A DNA stretch of 62,941 nucleotides, the filler included, from Guillardia theta CCMP2712 (Eukaryota > Protista > Cryptophyta): NCBI RefSeq assembly GCF_000315625.1. It is 7 parts of 7 records of this genome, joined end to end, with 100 filler letters (N's around TTAATTAATTAA, not from the genome) between each part and the next. Parts side by side here need not be neighbours in the genome. Positions count along the whole stretch, not along the records: positions 1 to 20,599 come from NW_005434588.1; positions 20,700 to 35,403 come from NW_005434427.1; 5 more parts are not named here. The stretch is one strand, 5' to 3'. This document shows positions 10,223-22,500 of the stretch, in pieces. How positions within the stretch are numbered: the first letter of the stretch is position 1; every line of letters begins with the position of its first letter. Under the pieces are notes generated by a model. That model saw nothing but the letters and a program-made list of their open reading frames with translations. It ran no database searches and had not been told where the DNA came from. Position numbers and translations under genes: made by a program.

Positions 10223-13200
10223 ATGTCGCGAGTTCAAGAGCGACTAATACAGAACATCAGAGAAAAAATCTCTGAAATGTTCACAAGTGAGAGGGTGACA
10301 ATCTTTGCGATATTTTGGTGCTGTACTTATCAATGCTGGCAGACCCAGACAAAAGCGAGTGATGATCTAAGCAACTTTGTACGAGCCAATACGCCAGCAA
10401 TCTTACGTGCGAATTCTCTCCTTTGGTATTCACATGACCTGAATGGAATGCTCTGCAGGGCTCGACTCAGAGAGAATCCTGGAGTTGTGCAGGATCATTT
10501 TGACATCTCTGACTGACAAAAAAAAGACGATCAAGATAAAAGATTGTGTTCCAAAGACGTGATTTCCCTCACTTTTTCTGGGCAAAACTGATCTTTCTGT
10601 AGAATATTAGAATTCTTGAATATATTTGTAGGTGCGTTGATTTACGAGTTTGAAATGTAGCGTAACGAGCCTGTGATAGGATGGGATGTCTTTTATGATA
10701 TCTGTCTTGGCTGTGTTGATGAAATACAACAATTCTTGGAATGGATTTTCGATACAGACCGCTTCATTGGCATGATAAACCCTTCGATATCGGTAATCTT
10801 GATGATGATGGAACAATATTGAGCACTTCATACAGATTATTCGAGAATTTTACGGAAAGAATATTCTCAATAATGATCTGCTTATGAACCTTTGCCGAAC
10901 ATGCGTTTTTCAAGTACATTGCAAGAATATTGCAAATGGCACAAACATCCCTGACGAAATATTGCAGATAGAGTCAGGACAACTCAACCCACAGTGCGTC
11001 ACATCTGCCCTCGATTTGTTGAAGATTTCGCTTATCAACCTGAGCAGGTAAATTTGTTTCTCTGATGAATATTGTCTTATCATTCGATGACATGAATTGT
11101 GTCTAGGATCGATCGTCAAGACTATGAAAATAGCAAATTCTTCTTTGTTTCGTTTCATAATATGTTGCTTTTGGTAATCCATGGATCATTTCAAATCTAC
11201 CTATCGTAATGGCATATAGGAAAATTCTGGAAGAGCTTCGAAGATCCCCAAAGCGGCACTATTGTCGGCCATTAATTACTGTTTCATGGCTTTTGTGCTG
11301 GATTACACGCAGGAAGGCTGCCAATTGATTCAATCAACGTTGGAGTTCATATCTGCCAATTGTAGTCGAGAAAGAGAAATGATGGTTTGTTTCCTAATCA
11401 TAGCTTTGTTGTCGATGACACTTGTGAACAGGAGGTATGCTGTGATTCCCTGAGAATCCTCTCAAAATCAAATTTGATCGTTCGTGAAGTTCCTTCTATT
11501 GTCCTGTTTGATTACACAATACTGTTCAGCAAAACTTCATTCCAACTCAAACCTCATCAAAGGTGGAAACTCGCCGATGTTGCAGTCAACTTTGCTGTCC
11601 AGAGATGTCTGAGTCATCCTGAAAAGGCCGGTCATGCCGTATCCGCTGAGCGGAAAAAGCGTGCCAAGAACATGAGCCCTGTGGATTTCCTGATCGAACA
11701 GGAACATGAAATCAATCTGAACAGTGAGGGTACTGCATCATTTTGCATTCATGCTTTTACAATTTTGATTTGTTGCACAGGGATACCTTCGTCGGAACTT
11801 TTCCTGCAGAGTTTTTACTTGCTGATCATCAGATTCCCTGAAACCATACCCGATCACTTTATCGACAAGTTTCTACGCGCTCTTGTGCAAGACAATAAGA
11901 ATAGTTCGGAATTCTCCTATCGTTGTCATTGCTGGAAGGAAATTTTCATGCTAAAGGTAAGCAAAAACCAGCTCAAAAAGGAAATTTGGTTGAAGATATT
12001 AGACGATGTTGTAGGAACGACTGTTTCCTCGAAACGTTGCAATGAGGGAGCTCTGAAATTTATACTGGCTATGTTGCAGAAAATATCACTTTTCGAAGCA
12101 GTGAATTTGCCTTCAATTGTTAGATTCGTTTTGCAATCCTTTAAGCTACATTTAGAGCATGGCAGTGGAAAGAGCCATGCTACAACAGAGGCTGCAGACA
12201 TGGTGAATGAAGTTGACCATACTTTCGATCTGTTGTTTGACAAAATTGCTGAATTGAGTGGGAGCTTCAGATATTCATCCGAATGGAAATCAGAAAAATT
12301 TGGACAGACTGAGATGATTGATCAAATCATCAAGTTGGTTGCTCGTCCCGGCGTCAACTCTGGTGGATACTACAATCATGTGAAAATGCGAGCCGTTGGG
12401 AAAGCTATTCTGCTCCTTACTTCTTCCGCTGTCGTTGAAGGAAAGAACGAGAGTTTTCATGACAACTTTCAAGTAATTCACAGTCCCAACGTATTTTTCC
12501 GATTCTTTTTTGAATTTGAGAAACCCCAGCTGTCGCTGAGGGGATTGGGTTGCAGTCGCACTTATGCAGAATTCCTGAGAGATTTCCATGAATCTTTGTT
12601 CAAAGGGGTGGTACAAGAAGATCAAGGGTCCAAAGGAATAATGCGCGAGGCATTGCATTTTGAGACTCTTTTATTGCAATTCGAACGCCAGTCACATTGC
12701 AATGTATTGGAAGGTTACGTCGATGAACCCGATTTCTGTATTTCACAGACTATGTATATTCCCAGTACCAAATTGTTGTCAGTTCTAAGGACTCTTACTA
12801 GTTCTTTTGAGAATTCTTCAACCCAAAAAGCAACTTTCTCTCTTCGGATGCTAACTTTGCAATTGTTTGAACTCTTGTCCCCAGAGTCAGAGAGCAGCAA
12901 TCTCAAAGAATTGTCCGAGAAACTGATTGAAGAAGTCTTTGAACCAAGCTGCGATATCTATCAGTCAACCTGTGGACTGCAACCCAAATTTGTTACTAGC
13001 ATTGAGAAAGCATTACAGGTCTTCCACTGTTTGCATAGTATAGTTCATCATACATTGTCGCTCTCCAAGAAGTATGGAGTTGAATTGAGTACAAAACAAA
13101 GGAAGGGAATAGGAGCTATCTTCAACCATTGCAAGGCACTTATCACCTCAAAATCCTTTGAAAACGTACATGAATGGGATGAGGACATTGCAGATGAAAT

Positions 13201-16200
13201 GAAATCTTTCAACAATAGAACTTACCTGTTCCAAGCCAAACTCATCGCTCTATACACTTGTAAAGAAATCATCTCTTTGGATCAAAGCAATTCAACACTC
13301 ACAGAGCTCGTTCAATCGATCTTTCGTAACACTTCAGACAAGACTCAGCGCAACCTTTTGATTTGTTTCATCTGGGATATCATCCCTACCTATGCGGGAG
13401 CTTTGGCAAGAAAAATGTCCGATGGATTAAGTCTGCAACCAAATATTTGCACTCTGGATCGAAATTCCTTACATTTTTTCCAGAGAATTCTGCATGAGAA
13501 CTCCTGGAAGATCCAAGATAGAGTTGATCGAAATGAATTTCAGCTCATCCTTAAACAAATTTTTCAGTATGCTCGGGACGATCCTCAGCATTCACTTTCC
13601 AGATTGCATGTCATCACAAACATCAAATATTCGAAATTGATTTTACAAATGAAACCTAAAGATGTATTCGACGTCGAAGATTTTGGAAGTTACGCTGATG
13701 AATTCACTTCAGGTCTGAAAAGCAATGACTTCATGGTAAGATACGAAGCTGTTGTTGCTCTTCCAATTTTGTTTGCACGATGGGACGAGAACATAGCGTA
13801 TAGTCTTGTCAAAGAGGCTGCAGATGCTTTCCGTGAATCTCCTGTGACTCTGAGAGAACGTAATCTTCTACAGATTCTCGTTTACTCACAGATCGCTGGA
13901 TGCGAATCCTTGAAAAGTGAACAGCTTTTCAAAGTGTCCCTCTACCAGGTGTGCAGTTATCTTCAAGAATGTCCTCTGCTGGAGTCAGAAGTTAAGGTCT
14001 TGTTGATGTCAATTGCAAGGAAACGAGGATATTCTAGCTTCACTGAGATGTTGTTTGATGCGCTGCCTGTCGTAATGTTCCAATGGATTCATGATGGACG
14101 TAGTTTGCGCAGTTTTCCCCATCGATTGTTTTGCAGGGATATGTCTTGGAGCCACTTCATGACAAAGCGAGCCATTCGATATTTGATTCCGGTGATCTTT
14201 GTGCAAGACAAGAATTTGAAAGAAAAGAAAGCTACGTTCCAGGAAATATTCAATGCGGAATCTGATTACAAATTGAATGATTGCATTGTCGATCTTTCAT
14301 TACTTTTGTATATATTGCCTACGTGCTTTGGACCAGATTCTCATCACACGAAAATGGTGTCAAGAATTCTACAGACTGCAGAAGGATTTGGCTTGTCCTC
14401 AAATCCTCAACAGGATACAATCATCAGATGGATGGATGATATTTTTGCTGCTCTCATTGATTTCGTTTTGACTGACCTCCCCATATCAACGGATGGAGAG
14501 CGATTATTTGTTTTCCCCTCACATGAGCTTTCCAGGATATTGTTACATGGTTTTGAATTTCTGGTGCAATATGATAAATCGAATCAGTTGACTGACTTCT
14601 TGCTGGGGCCAAGTGTGAACAACTTTGATCTGTCACAATCCGGAAGTGCGAAGTTGCCACGAATTCTTTTCTTGCTACTGAAATTTTTGAAAGTCCTCCG
14701 AAATTCACGAAGTTTTGAACGAAAATTGCAAGTTCTCGAGGTATTTGAAAACATCTTGGCCAGCCGTTTCTTTCAGACACAAATCTCGAAGTATACTTGG
14801 GTAGCACAGCATTGTTTCTTATTTCTCACGAATTGTATGCATGATATCAAAATCTTTCCTAAAGCCTCAAAGATCATGTCAAAATTCTTGGGGCAAGTTG
14901 ATCACAAAAAGTTAAGCGAACCATTGTGGAGAATCACCTTCAACAACGTGATAAACATACTCATCGATGAAGGTGATTGCTTGCAGGATATTAAAGAAGA
15001 TATTCAAGCTTTTCTGAATTCAAGCTCAAGGAATTTATCGCCGATTTTGTATTCTTTGTGTGAAATGATGCTGAAAGATTCTGCGCATCAACATTCTTCG
15101 AATTTCAAGAGCCATGATGTGATTAGTATTCTTCGATGGCTTTCAGGATTTGCATCCTTGAATTCTCGACAAGCTTCCATGTTGTTGTTGAAAAGATTGA
15201 TACTCAGTATGGATGGTGTAGAAACTACATTGAGTGATTCAGACAAGTCATCCATGTTCAGGTATATTCCTTGACATGGATCTTTGAACTTTGAATTGAC
15301 TTCGCATCTTGCAGAATCGCTCAAAAGCTTGCTGATTCCTTACCTCTTAGCAACACAGACGAGGCAGACAAAGAATTCATCAAACATTTTTCTAAGTTCC
15401 TTGTTCGATTCGGCTATGACATTTCTGAAAAGCTGGAAGAGAATTTGACTGAAGTTAGCTACCGATCGTCATCGAGAGCTTCTGTGAATTCTGTGATTCA
15501 TCGGTCAGGTTCGAATCTTGATGCCAGCTTTATTGCAAGCATTGCAGAAGAATTGTACGTGGGTCTCTCCGACTCGCGATTTGAGGTAAGCAAAGCTTGA
15601 ATCGTTCTATATTTCACCCACCATAAATGCTGATTTCACCACCAGGTTCTTGAGGCTTCTATGGTTGCACTTTCGAAATTAGGCTGCATCGTGAATTTCA
15701 AATCCGAGCAGATGAAACGAGCCTTGTCCAAATATGCAGAATTCTTTGTTCCATTCGAATCGAGGACTGAAGACAGCAGTCTCCCTCCCGGCAACATTGA
15801 AGAGCAGGTGATCAATCGTGGGATCGATGTTTTGAATCCTGAAGGGAAATCATACGAGCGATGGATTATTGACGTTTCTTTGTGGCTTATTGAAACATAC
15901 GCGCGTAAGCCTTTATGGAAAGTGCTGATTCCGTTATGTAAGCTGAGCCCATCGTTTACTGAGATGTTCTTTCCGTTTCTCTGGTTGGATGCCTGTCACT
16001 CACCTGGTTCTGCTCTTGAATTGCAGTCTGAATTTGGCAGTCACTTGGCCAAGTACGTATTTTGCGCTGAGAATGAGAACTTGGATACAATCCGCATCAT
16101 GCTGAAAACTTTCAAACTGTTTCGGGCTCACAGGAACCAAAATCTGAAAAAAACAAGATCTTGGGACAAGGTTTATTGGTTTGATGTTGATTACAAGTTG

Positions 16201-19200
16201 GTTGGAGATGCTGCTACACGTTGTGGGGAGTCTCTGGAAAGCATATTGTATCTCGACTTCGAGCCCGCAGATGGTTTGAAATCGAACGAGAACAAATCGA
16301 AAAAACTTGATTATGACTCGTTGAAGGAGAAGCCTTCTACTTTGATTTCTATCTCAAAAGCTTATGAGCAATCGGGCGAGCCAGATGATATCCAAGCACT
16401 ACATGATCTTCGCATGTACGAGTTGGATGAGCAAGAGTTTGGTCCAGTCAAATCGTGGAGAGAGGTAAGCAAACAATCATGCTGTATTTTCATCATTGTA
16501 ATGTCTGCCCAACAGTCACTTGGTCAATTTGAGTGTACAGATGTCTTGGAAAGGAGTAAGTGAGATCATTCTGGGATTTTCTATTTACCGAATTTTACAG
16601 GTCCAGTATCATCGAGAGGGTTGGTCGATGCAAAAATGTGCAGGAAAATGCATTCCTCTGGCTTTTCTAAGCTCTCCCTCTTTGTAGCAACCAACGAACT
16701 CAGCCAAGTCGATGTGGAGGATTATTTTGAAGCTGCATGGCGGTCAGAATTTTGGGATCTTCCTGAGAAATTTTCTTTGGATGTCAAATCATCTGCAAAA
16801 TTCTCATTTCATGCATCCCTCTTCATGTCTTTGGACATTTTGGCCCGCGAACAGGCAAAATCACTGGAAAATGGTAAAATGCAGCAATTGAATGCACTTC
16901 TGGACCAGGCGAGGTTCATCACAACTCAGAGATTGAAGTCGACAGACATAAAAGTGAAGAAGGAGCGTGAAAATGCGATTGTTCAATTAAGAATGTGCGA
17001 CGATGTACAATTATGTGTAAACGAGTTTGGAACTTGCAGGAGCAATCAACATTTGAACACAGTTGCTGAGAATGTAGTACTGAAGTGGGAAAGTTGCTAC
17101 AGAAACTTTAATCGTAACTTCGAATTGTGCGAACCTTTGATTTCAATGCATAGCGTATTGCTTCGCATATTCGCACCACTTTCTACATCATTCTACATGC
17201 ATCAATGTGGTGCAGCAAAGATTGCCTACAATCATGGAAACATCGACTACGCCAAGATGATAATGCAGAGGTTGCGAAACCAAAGTCCCAGACATCAAGA
17301 TTTTGAAGTTCACACTGGAATCTGGTATCTCCGCGATGCGAAGGTGAAGTGGATGAACGGTGAAAACATGTACGCGTTGAGGACGCTTGACCATGTCGTG
17401 AGCAAATGCAGAACAGCCTTTGCCAGTGATCTTGGTGGATCGTGTGCTGCTAAATACTGCTTGTTCAATGCATTGCGGTTAAAAGCAAAGTGGATGTCTG
17501 ATACTGAAGGATCTTCAAGGCTTTCTAAGCTCTTCTCTGAAGCCATTACGTTGAGTTCTGCGCTGACCTCAGTACATCGAGCAAAGATCCATTTTGAATA
17601 TGCTTCATATCTGGAGCGAATGATCGACACGGGCTCTGTAAGTAAACTTGATAACTTTTCTTTGTGCTGACTTTTGTATGTTCCAGGACTCAAGCAGTGA
17701 ACCAGTTCATATGGATCTCGAGCAAGCGGAAGACACGAAGCCCGACATTCGCGACAATCACATCAAATTCTTAAGGGGCAACCTGCTCACTGGGGTATCG
17801 GGAGAGATCTTCTTGAAAACAGCCTTGGAAAATTACCTTCGATGCATCATTCAGTGCAGCGCTGGCAAGTATGCTCACGATGCTGTTTTTCATGTACTTC
17901 ATCTGTGGTTCGAGCATTCGAACAACAGGGCAGTCAACACTGTAATCTCTGAACAAGTGTCTCAAATACAGGATTTTAGCTCTTTCAGAGTCATTGCATG
18001 CCAGGTTCATCTTGGTCATGTCCTTTCGATAGAGAACTTACATGTCTTTGCAGTTGATCATGCGGTTGGGACAAAAAGATGAATACTTTCGTAAATGCCT
18101 TATTGATCTGCTCGTTAAGTTTTTCAAGCAATTTCCTCACGAGCTGATCTTCGAGCTACTGTTTATTGCATCAAAGGAGGTTGAAGCTGCGAAGGACATC
18201 ATCTTCACCCTCAACCAATATGAGGAAGACAACAACTTCAAGTTGATCTTTGAGAGGACTCGCACATTGAAAGAGGCTTACCAGGAGCTGGCGAGTCATA
18301 ACAAGCTGAAAGATACTCAACAGAAGCATAGAAGTGATTCAAAAGATCCCAAGGAAATATCACCGAAATTGAAACAAATTCGATGGAACGAGAAAAAGTC
18401 GATTCCGATTCCTACGGCACTTTCCGCTTCGGGACAGTATGAGTATGTATCGAGATTCGAAAACCACTATATCATCCCAGGTGGGATCACAGAACCAAAG
18501 AAAATTGTTTGCATATCTTGTAACAATGTAGCATTCCCTCAGCTTGTCAAGAAAGATGACCCGAACACCGATTTGATCGCCTCGCAGCTTTTCTCGGTGG
18601 TCAATGTTCTCCTCAAGAAGGACAGCGCTTGCCGGGAAAGGAACCTCAAGATGTTGATGTACAAAGTGATCCCAATCGCCAAGGATGTAGGACTGATAGA
18701 ATTCGTCGAGGGAGCTCAGTCTCTTAGTGATGTCCTCGTACGGAAGGATACCGACTCACTGCATGCTCGATTTGATCCTCAAGATTTCAATTTTGTCACG
18801 TGTAGGCAAATGATTTCTGGGATACAGAAAAGCTACAAGATCAAGCTGGGAAAAGCAAAGACGGAGGGAGAGAGGATGCAGTTACACTCTGATATGACAA
18901 GGGAATTAAGATCCAAGTTCGACCTGATCTGCGACAAGGTCTCCCCTGTATTCAGGTATCACTTCCTAGAGATCTCCTCTAGCGCGAGCGACTACCTCGG
19001 GAAGCGGCTCAACTACACAAGGAGCGCAGCAGCATCCTCCATGGTCGGGTACATCGTCGGACTCGGAGATCGGCACCTTTCCAACATTCTGATCGATGCT
19101 GATCGTCAGTTGCTCCACATCGACCTCGGCCAAGTGTTTGACTTCGCCCGGGCCACCCCTCGATACCCAGAGACTGTTCCTTTCCGCCTTACCAGGGACA

Positions 19201-19547
19201 TGGTTGACGGGATGGGCATGCTGGGGGTGGAGGGCTCCTTCATCCGCTGTTGCATCGAATCAATGCGCGTCATGCGAGAAAACAAGAATGCCCTGCTGTC
19301 CGTCATTGACATCTTGCTGTACGAGTCGAACTTGGAACGGCTATCAGCAAAGGTCAACGACAACAACGGTGCAGAGAAGATGGCGCTGTTTGCAACTCTT
19401 GTCCGGGGATCCATCAAAGGTAAGTTGGAGGGGGCGTACGGGGGGGAGGTGCTGGGGATAGAAACTCAGATCAGACGGCTCATACGAGAGGCGACGGACC
19501 CTGAGAATCTCTGCCAACTTTTTCACGGTTGGAGCGCGTGGATATGA
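10223..19547 (+). CDS. ATM: Serine/threonine kinase ATM/Tel1 (PIKK family), multi-exon
   Basis: Long HEAT-like exons (11387-15274), a FAT region (WDKVYWFDVDY, YFEAAWR), kinase motifs GYIVGLGDRHLSNILID, HIDLG and PETVPFRLTRDMVDGMG, and a terminal FATC (ATDPENLCQLFHGWSAWI*). Short GT-AG introns link the ORFs; the start codon is tentative. Confidence 0.92.
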
Positions 19548-19606
19548 TTGAAGATTTGGACAAAGATAGCAAAAGAACATGCTTCTTACTAGAAAACGAA
19601 AATATA

Positions 19607-20599
19607 TTACAGCTTGAATCTCACAAGTGGTTTCAGCGATCTGAGGCCAAACAATTTCAACTTCCAGCAGGAAGCTTTTAAACTCTTTTTCCTAATGGGC
19701 TCCGCCACCCTCGACCTGCAATGCTCGTCAACCATTTCGTCTTGGTAATGTCTGAACTGGAGGGCACCTTCGAGCTGCCGGAGCAGCACTCTAGAGCGAA
19801 GTATGCAGTCAAGATGCCATGGTCAGAGAGGTCGTAATCGTCCTGCGAGCCAAGGGAGCATCAGCATCAGGGCAGAGCGGATGAAACTCTCGCGCACCGG
19901 CCACTTGCCGTTCTTGAGGCCTTCAGGTTGGATCTCGCTGGGGGAGAGGGTGAGGATATGGAGGAGGCGGAAGAGGGAGCTAGAGGTGATGCAGCGAAGG
20001 AGAGGAATGAACATAGGAAATACATGGAGGGCAACATGTGGTGATGTGGGGGGAGAGGAGAATGTGAAACTGGATACACAAGGATGGCGAGACAAGGGAG
20101 GAGGAAGCAGAGGAGGAGAAAGACACTGCTACCTGTGCAGAAACTTCAAGGAGAACTCGCACGTGTCGCTCTCCTCGGTCCTCTGCAGACAAGTCAGGCG
20201 GCATCAAGCTTCCGTTGGCTCGTACATGCACGTGCAGGCGGCTGCGAGTAGCTTGCTTGCACTTGAGCATGGCCTCGTACTCTGCCGCCGCAACGTTCTG
20301 CGGCTTCATGGCGCCCCACTGTGAGAAGAAGAGGATGAGTTGCGCGAGGAAAAGAGAGAGAGAAGGAGGACCTCGAGGTCAAAGAAAGGCTCCATCTCCT
20401 CCTTCCACCACTGCCTGCAGCTTCAGCTCCCTGCCTAGCCCCACCTCGCTCACCTTCTCGAACGTCTTTGAGTCGACCTCCTTCCCTTGAACACTGCTGT
20501 ACTTCAGACCCTCTCCTCCTCCTCCTCCTCCTCCTCTCTCCTCTCCTCCTCATCATCATCATCATCATCATCATCACCTGTTCTGCAGGCGTGTGATCG
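19607..20599 (-). CDS. Hypothetical protein, 3' exons of a multi-exon gene truncated at the scaffold end
   Basis: Exon-like blocks (e.g. MKPQNVAAAEYEAMLKCKQ, ERHVRVLLEVSAQ) between purine/pyrimidine-rich introns with splice signals. Confidence 0.4.
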
Positions 20600-20699
20600 N
20601 NNNNNNNNNNNNNNNNNNNNNNNNNNNNNNNNNNNNNNNNNNNTTAATTAATTAANNNNNNNNNNNNNNNNNNNNNNNNNNNNNNNNNNNNNNNNNNNN
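20600..20699. other. Artificial scaffold linker N44-TTAATTAATTAA-N44
   Basis: Identical 100-bp linkers with the core at 20644, 35448, 44495, 52666, 56566 and 59872; the core has stops in all six frames. Confidence 0.97.
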
Positions 20700-22500
20700 C
20701 TTACACCACCTCCTCCTCCTCTCTCCGCTTCCCCACGTTCATCTCCCTCACGCCGTCTTCCCCTCCTCACCTCTTCGGAAAGATGCAGGAAAATGTTTTC
20801 ATCACGCAGTGAACGTTCGGATTCTCCTGTTGACACATGTCTGAGGTTTTGCCTGTCACCACTACCACCTCCTCGTCTGCTCTCCTTCGCTCGTGCTCTC
20901 TCGTCTTCTCCCCCTGCCTCCCCCTCGTCCTCATGCTCTACCACCACCACCACCTCCTCCTCGTCCTCCTCCTTCCCCTCCTCCTCTACTTCCACCACCA
21001 CCTCCTTCTCGTCCACCACCACCACCACCTCCTCCTCTTCCTCCGGTCGAATTCTTACCTTCAGACGAACATGACTGATCTCCCCACTTCCACCTACAGC
21101 GAAAACCCATGAGCATGCACAAAAGAGGACAAGAGAAGTGAAGACAGGGGGAAGCGTCTATAGGTATGACAACGGAGAACGAAGATGGAGGTGGGGGAAA
21201 ACAAGGGGGAGGGGAAGAAATAGACAAAGAGAGGAGAGCAGTGGAGGACAAGGAGGAAAAGAGGTAGGAAAAAGAGGAGGAGAAGGAGGAGGAGAGGGAG
21301 AGGAGAAAGAAAAAGAGGGAGAGGGCAGGTGAAGAGGAGAGTAGGAAAAGCGAAATACCCGTCTGATCGCCTCCAGCCGGTACTGCAGCATCGGGCTGTC
21401 CGATGAGTCAGAGAGGAGGGAGGGAGGGAGGGAGGGAGGGAGGGAGGGAGGAGACACTCGTACCTCAACCTTCTTCCTCAAGATCCCAACGACCTCAAAA
21501 TCTTCCTCCTTCAATCGGATCCCCCTCCTGCATCCAGGTGGATGTCAGCCAGCCTGCTCACAACGCTTCTCCAAGACCTCAACAGGCTCCTCAGCTCGGT
21601 GTGACTCCTGCTCAAGGCCCTAGACGTCGACTGCAGGAAAGTGATGTAGTCAGCACTAGTCCTGTTGCGAGAGAGGATACTGTCTCACGATCCAAAACGT
21701 TCCAGTACACACAAACATCTTCACTAACTCACTCACTCACTCACTCACTCACTCCCTCACTCCCTCTCTCTCACACACACACACACACAAAAGACTCTGG
21801 CAGAATTTTTCATGTCATCGCTCACCCTCGGGGCGGCGATGTTGGTGCCGTCGCCATGGTCGCTGGGAGACGAAGGAACACTCTACAACATCCAACTTGT
21901 CAACAGTCAAGAGGGAGCGTGGACAAGCCCACCAGGTGCACGTTGTTGAAGTACTCGATGTCGATGTCGGGAAGCAAGGTCTGGGGTGCTAGAGCACCGG
22001 GAGCAGCAAGCAACGAGTATGTCTCTCCCTCTCGCAGCTCCTGCAGGGATACGAGTCATCTCAGCTCGCCTCCTCCTCAACTTCTTTCCTCCAGTTTCCA
22101 CTTTGAGATCTTCTGAGGGCGTCCGCTTGAGTTCTCCCGCCGGAAGCTGAACCCTGTAGCAAGGCTTCTCAGTTGTCTTCTTTTTCCTAGTTCTCTCTTC
22201 ATCTCTCCTCTCTTCATCTCTCTTCATCTCCCCTCTCTTGATCTCTCCTCATCTCTCATCTCACTCTCAATCCCGCCCATCAGCTATCTTCACATCCCCT
22301 CACCGTCATCACGCGGCCTGGAACGCTTCTGCAAGCCACAACGCTGCATGCCTGTCTGTTATCTTATGATGCAACAGTCAGCAAGTGTTTCATATCGCAT
22401 GGTACAACAAATTATTTCTCTTACCTCGCAATATCAGTCAAGACAAGTGATCGCCGTCAATCCTTCCTCGGCATGGTAGGATTCTTCTCGCGCGGCACGG
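20700..22500 (-). CDS. Hypothetical multi-exon protein
   Basis: Exon-like blocks (EGIRLKEEDFEVVGILRKKVE, PMLQYRLEAIRR, LLPDIDIEYFNNVHL) bounded by GT/AG sites and microsatellite introns; no family recognised. Confidence 0.4.

Noticed and set aside
15505-15520. tRNA T-loop-like GGTTCGAATC
   Set aside because: It lies in an ATM exon and has no cloverleaf stems.
20644-20655. TTAATTAATTAA as a biological motif (e.g. piggyBac TTAA site)
   Set aside because: It is always centred in N44 flanks, so it is a synthetic linker.
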